Virus record (IMG/VR): IMGVR_UViG_3300016484_000217
Span: 1 to 32,611 of that record
DNA: 32,611 nt
Source: a virus
Reading direction: 5' to 3' (one strand)
Numbering within the stretch: the first letter of the stretch is position 1; every line of letters begins with the position of its first letter. Positions 31,226-32,611 of the stretch are shown one piece after another. Both the position numbers and the translations under genes were made by a program. The notes below the pieces were generated by a model. That model ran no database searches. It was not told the origin of the DNA and saw only the letters and a program-made list of their open reading frames with translations.

Positions 31226-31811
31226 TGATTACAATCTTTTTCTTTACGGCTTCTTTTTCTTCGGTACTTCTATTTAACCAACCTGCTACTGCACCTTTCC
31301 AAGATTTCATTTTATTTCTACCAACTCTCCAACCATTAGAATCGTAATAATTGATAAACTTTTCGGCTTGTATTTTAGCATTGTATTCGGTAGTTTTAGT
31401 TTTCATTTCTTCAATAACTTCTTCAAGTGTTGGCTCACTAAAATTAGTTTTAACTTCTATCTTAGTATCATATTTGATTGAATATTTATTTAGTAAATCT
31501 AATACCTTTTTATGTACTGGACTACTTGGAGATAATGTACTTCCATATTGAAACTCTACAAAATCTACACAATATATCTTTCCATCAGGTAATAGTTCAA
31601 ATTGTTTACCATTATCTATTGATAATATATCTTCTTCGGTTACTTTAACTCCAATTAATAAAGAAGCTAGTGCGTAATTAGGATTCCATATTCCAGCTAG
31701 GTCGCATTTATCTCTAACATATTTAACCAAGCATTTTAACTCTGGCTTTAGTTCCATAAACCAAGCTTTATCCCAAATCTCTGTGTCTGTAAATCTTTTT
31801 GCCATTTTCAT
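31188..31811 (-). CDS. Replication-organiser/initiator-like protein
   Basis: 207 aa. The N-terminus FTDTEIWDKAWFMELKPELKCLVKYVRDKCDLAGIW and the C-terminus FINYYDSNGWRVGRNKMKSWKGAVAGWLNR resemble phage DnaD/replisome-organiser-type proteins (pattern memory only). Confidence 0.45.
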   Translation of the reverse strand: MKMAKRFTDTEIWDKAWFMELKPELKCLVKYVRDKCDLAGIWNPNYALASLLIGVKVTEEDILSIDNGKQFELLPDGKIYCVDFVEFQYGSTLSPSSPVHKKVLDLLNKYSIKYDTKIEVKTNFSEPTLEEVIEEMKTKTTEYNAKIQAEKFINYYDSNGWRVGRNKMKSWKGAVAGWLNRSTEEKEAVKKKIVIIGDKKLSEIDTD

Positions 31812-31814
31812 TAT

Positions 31815-32192
31815 TTAAGGTTTTAAAACAACTCTTTTTAACATTGAAATATCATCTTGATATTTTTCTACTACTTTCTTTAATTGATTGTAGTAGTACA
31901 TAAAGATAATATCTTCTGTTTCAATAAACCACTTTATCTTTTCTTCATTATGGCTCATAGTTGAGTGAGTTGCATACCCAACAAACTTACAAGCAAATGT
32001 TTTCGGAAGTCCAAATTCTCTAGTAAAATAATATCCTAAAGCCATTCGTAAAGCTGATATATTTGTTTTCTTAACTACTTTAGTTCTTGCACTTCCTCTA
32101 TTTATATCTCTAAATAAATCTTTTGGTTTGACATCAAATTCGTTGCAATAATCTGTAACGATGTCATTTAATAGTGTTTTTAAATCTCGCAT
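31815..32192 (-). CDS. DnaA domain-IV-like (DnaA-box-binding HTH) stand-alone protein
   Basis: 125 aa. DYCNEFDVKPKDLF...ISALRMALGYYFTREFGLPKTFACKFVGYATHSTMSHNEEKIKWFIETED parallels the DnaA C-terminal domain (..aRq.amyl.re.t..s...ig..fg.rdHsTV.ha..ki..). Confidence 0.65.
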   Translation of the reverse strand: MRDLKTLLNDIVTDYCNEFDVKPKDLFRDINRGSARTKVVKKTNISALRMALGYYFTREFGLPKTFACKFVGYATHSTMSHNEEKIKWFIETEDIIFMYYYNQLKKVVEKYQDDISMLKRVVLKP

Positions 32193-32542
32193 AAAATTAA
32201 TTTGATAGGTAGTAGTATTCCTAAACTTGTGTTATTATCTCCACCTAGTCTTAAATCGCTACTACTAAAGTTTTGTTTAATAATCTTTTTTAATTTGTCC
32301 GTTGGCAAAATTAAGGTAAGATTTTGATAATAAATAATAAATATCCAATAATCTGCAATCGTAGTTGATATGCCTGATTTCTTTCCTCTAGAGTAAACTT
32401 CTACAAATAGATTTCCAGTTGCGTGAGCCATAAAGTCGGTTTTAACTTCAACTTTACTTCCTTGTGAAAAGATTTGTTTTATCCAATCCTCTCCTTTTTC
32501 GCCTATCTCTAAATCATAGTAAAAGCTTCCAGAGTGTTTCAT
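32180..32542 (-). CDS. PD-(D/E)xK-like nuclease-fold protein (tentative)
   Basis: 120 aa. GEDWIKQIFSQGSKVEVKTD...TGNLFVEVYS fits a D-x13-E-x-K plus downstream E arrangement. The ORF spans the end overlap, and its ATG overlaps the GT-A-like stop in the circular genome. Confidence 0.35.
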   Translation of the reverse strand: MKHSGSFYYDLEIGEKGEDWIKQIFSQGSKVEVKTDFMAHATGNLFVEVYSRGKKSGISTTIADYWIFIIYYQNLTLILPTDKLKKIIKQNFSSSDLRLGGDNNTSLGILLPIKLILCEI

Positions 32543-32611
32543 TTTTTATATTTTTCATCAATAATCATAGGAACTGCATTTTCCCAACTTATAGAATGAT
32601 GTAATCTTTTG
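32361..32611. repeat. Terminal direct repeat, copy 2 (identical to 1..251)
   Basis: Same comparison, no mismatch seen. Implies a unit length of 32360 bp. Confidence 0.97.

Noticed and set aside
1-32611. tRNA, rRNA and other canonical RNA genes
   Set aside because: A visual scan found no T-loop (GGTTCGAAT-like) or acceptor/anticodon stem arrangement in the few intergenic regions. All gaps are short and AT-rich. Absence cannot be proven without tRNAscan or Infernal.

Overview
The window is one complete genome of a visibly AT-rich tailed dsDNA phage, with both ends overlapping. Bases 1..251 recur exactly at 32361..32611, so the unit genome is 32,360 bp.

Coding is dense and forms two arms that diverge at 4187..4445 and converge at 29316..29396.

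- Leftward arm (about 7.3 kb, early/DNA metabolism), running through the window ends (4186 -> 1/32360 -> 29397): ERF annealase, an 84-aa protein ending in an SSB-type DLPF tip, a NinG/Rap-like nuclease, a 129-aa module plus a GT-A-like transferase, a PD-(D/E)xK-like protein, a DnaA-domain-IV-only protein, a replication-organiser-like protein, and a PAPS-reductase/DndC-like PP-loop enzyme.
- Rightward arm (about 25 kb, 4446 -> 29315): ECF-like sigma factor, a small CxxC membrane protein, a GT-B glycosyltransferase plus capless HAD phosphatase, TerS, TerL, a two-frame ORF pair with a T9 slippery run, tail/baseplate genes, a tape-measure-like protein, an XkdF-like protease, scaffold, major capsid, a tube-like protein, a portal-wHTH-MuF fusion, neck proteins, a 927-aa fibre with an S74 chaperone domain, a lysis cassette with a unimolecular-spanin-like lipoprotein and an M15 endolysin, a DnaQ-like exonuclease, and small accessory ORFs.

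I recognised no tRNA, rRNA, CRISPR array, integrase, repressor, DNA polymerase, helicase or primase. Start codons lack Shine-Dalgarno motifs and sit behind A-rich leaders, which suggests a Bacteroidota (Flavobacteriia-like) host; this is inference only.

Best candidates for undescribed biology:
1. The GT-A-like enzyme and its 129-aa partner, embedded among DNA-handling genes. Together with the PAPS-reductase-like enzyme and the GT-B/HAD pair, this suggests possible nucleic-acid or glycan modification chemistry, although no known hydroxymethylase, TET or TGT partner is present.
2. A composite cis-element (CTTATTCTT repeats plus TAGGGTA-N5-TACCCTA palindromes) found only in the two largest intergenic regions, pointing into the leftward operon and into terL.
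3. The phage sigma factor, translationally coupled to a tiny membrane protein.
4. A U UUU UUU slippery site with 256 nt open in two frames.

All functional calls rest on motifs read by eye, not on database searches.
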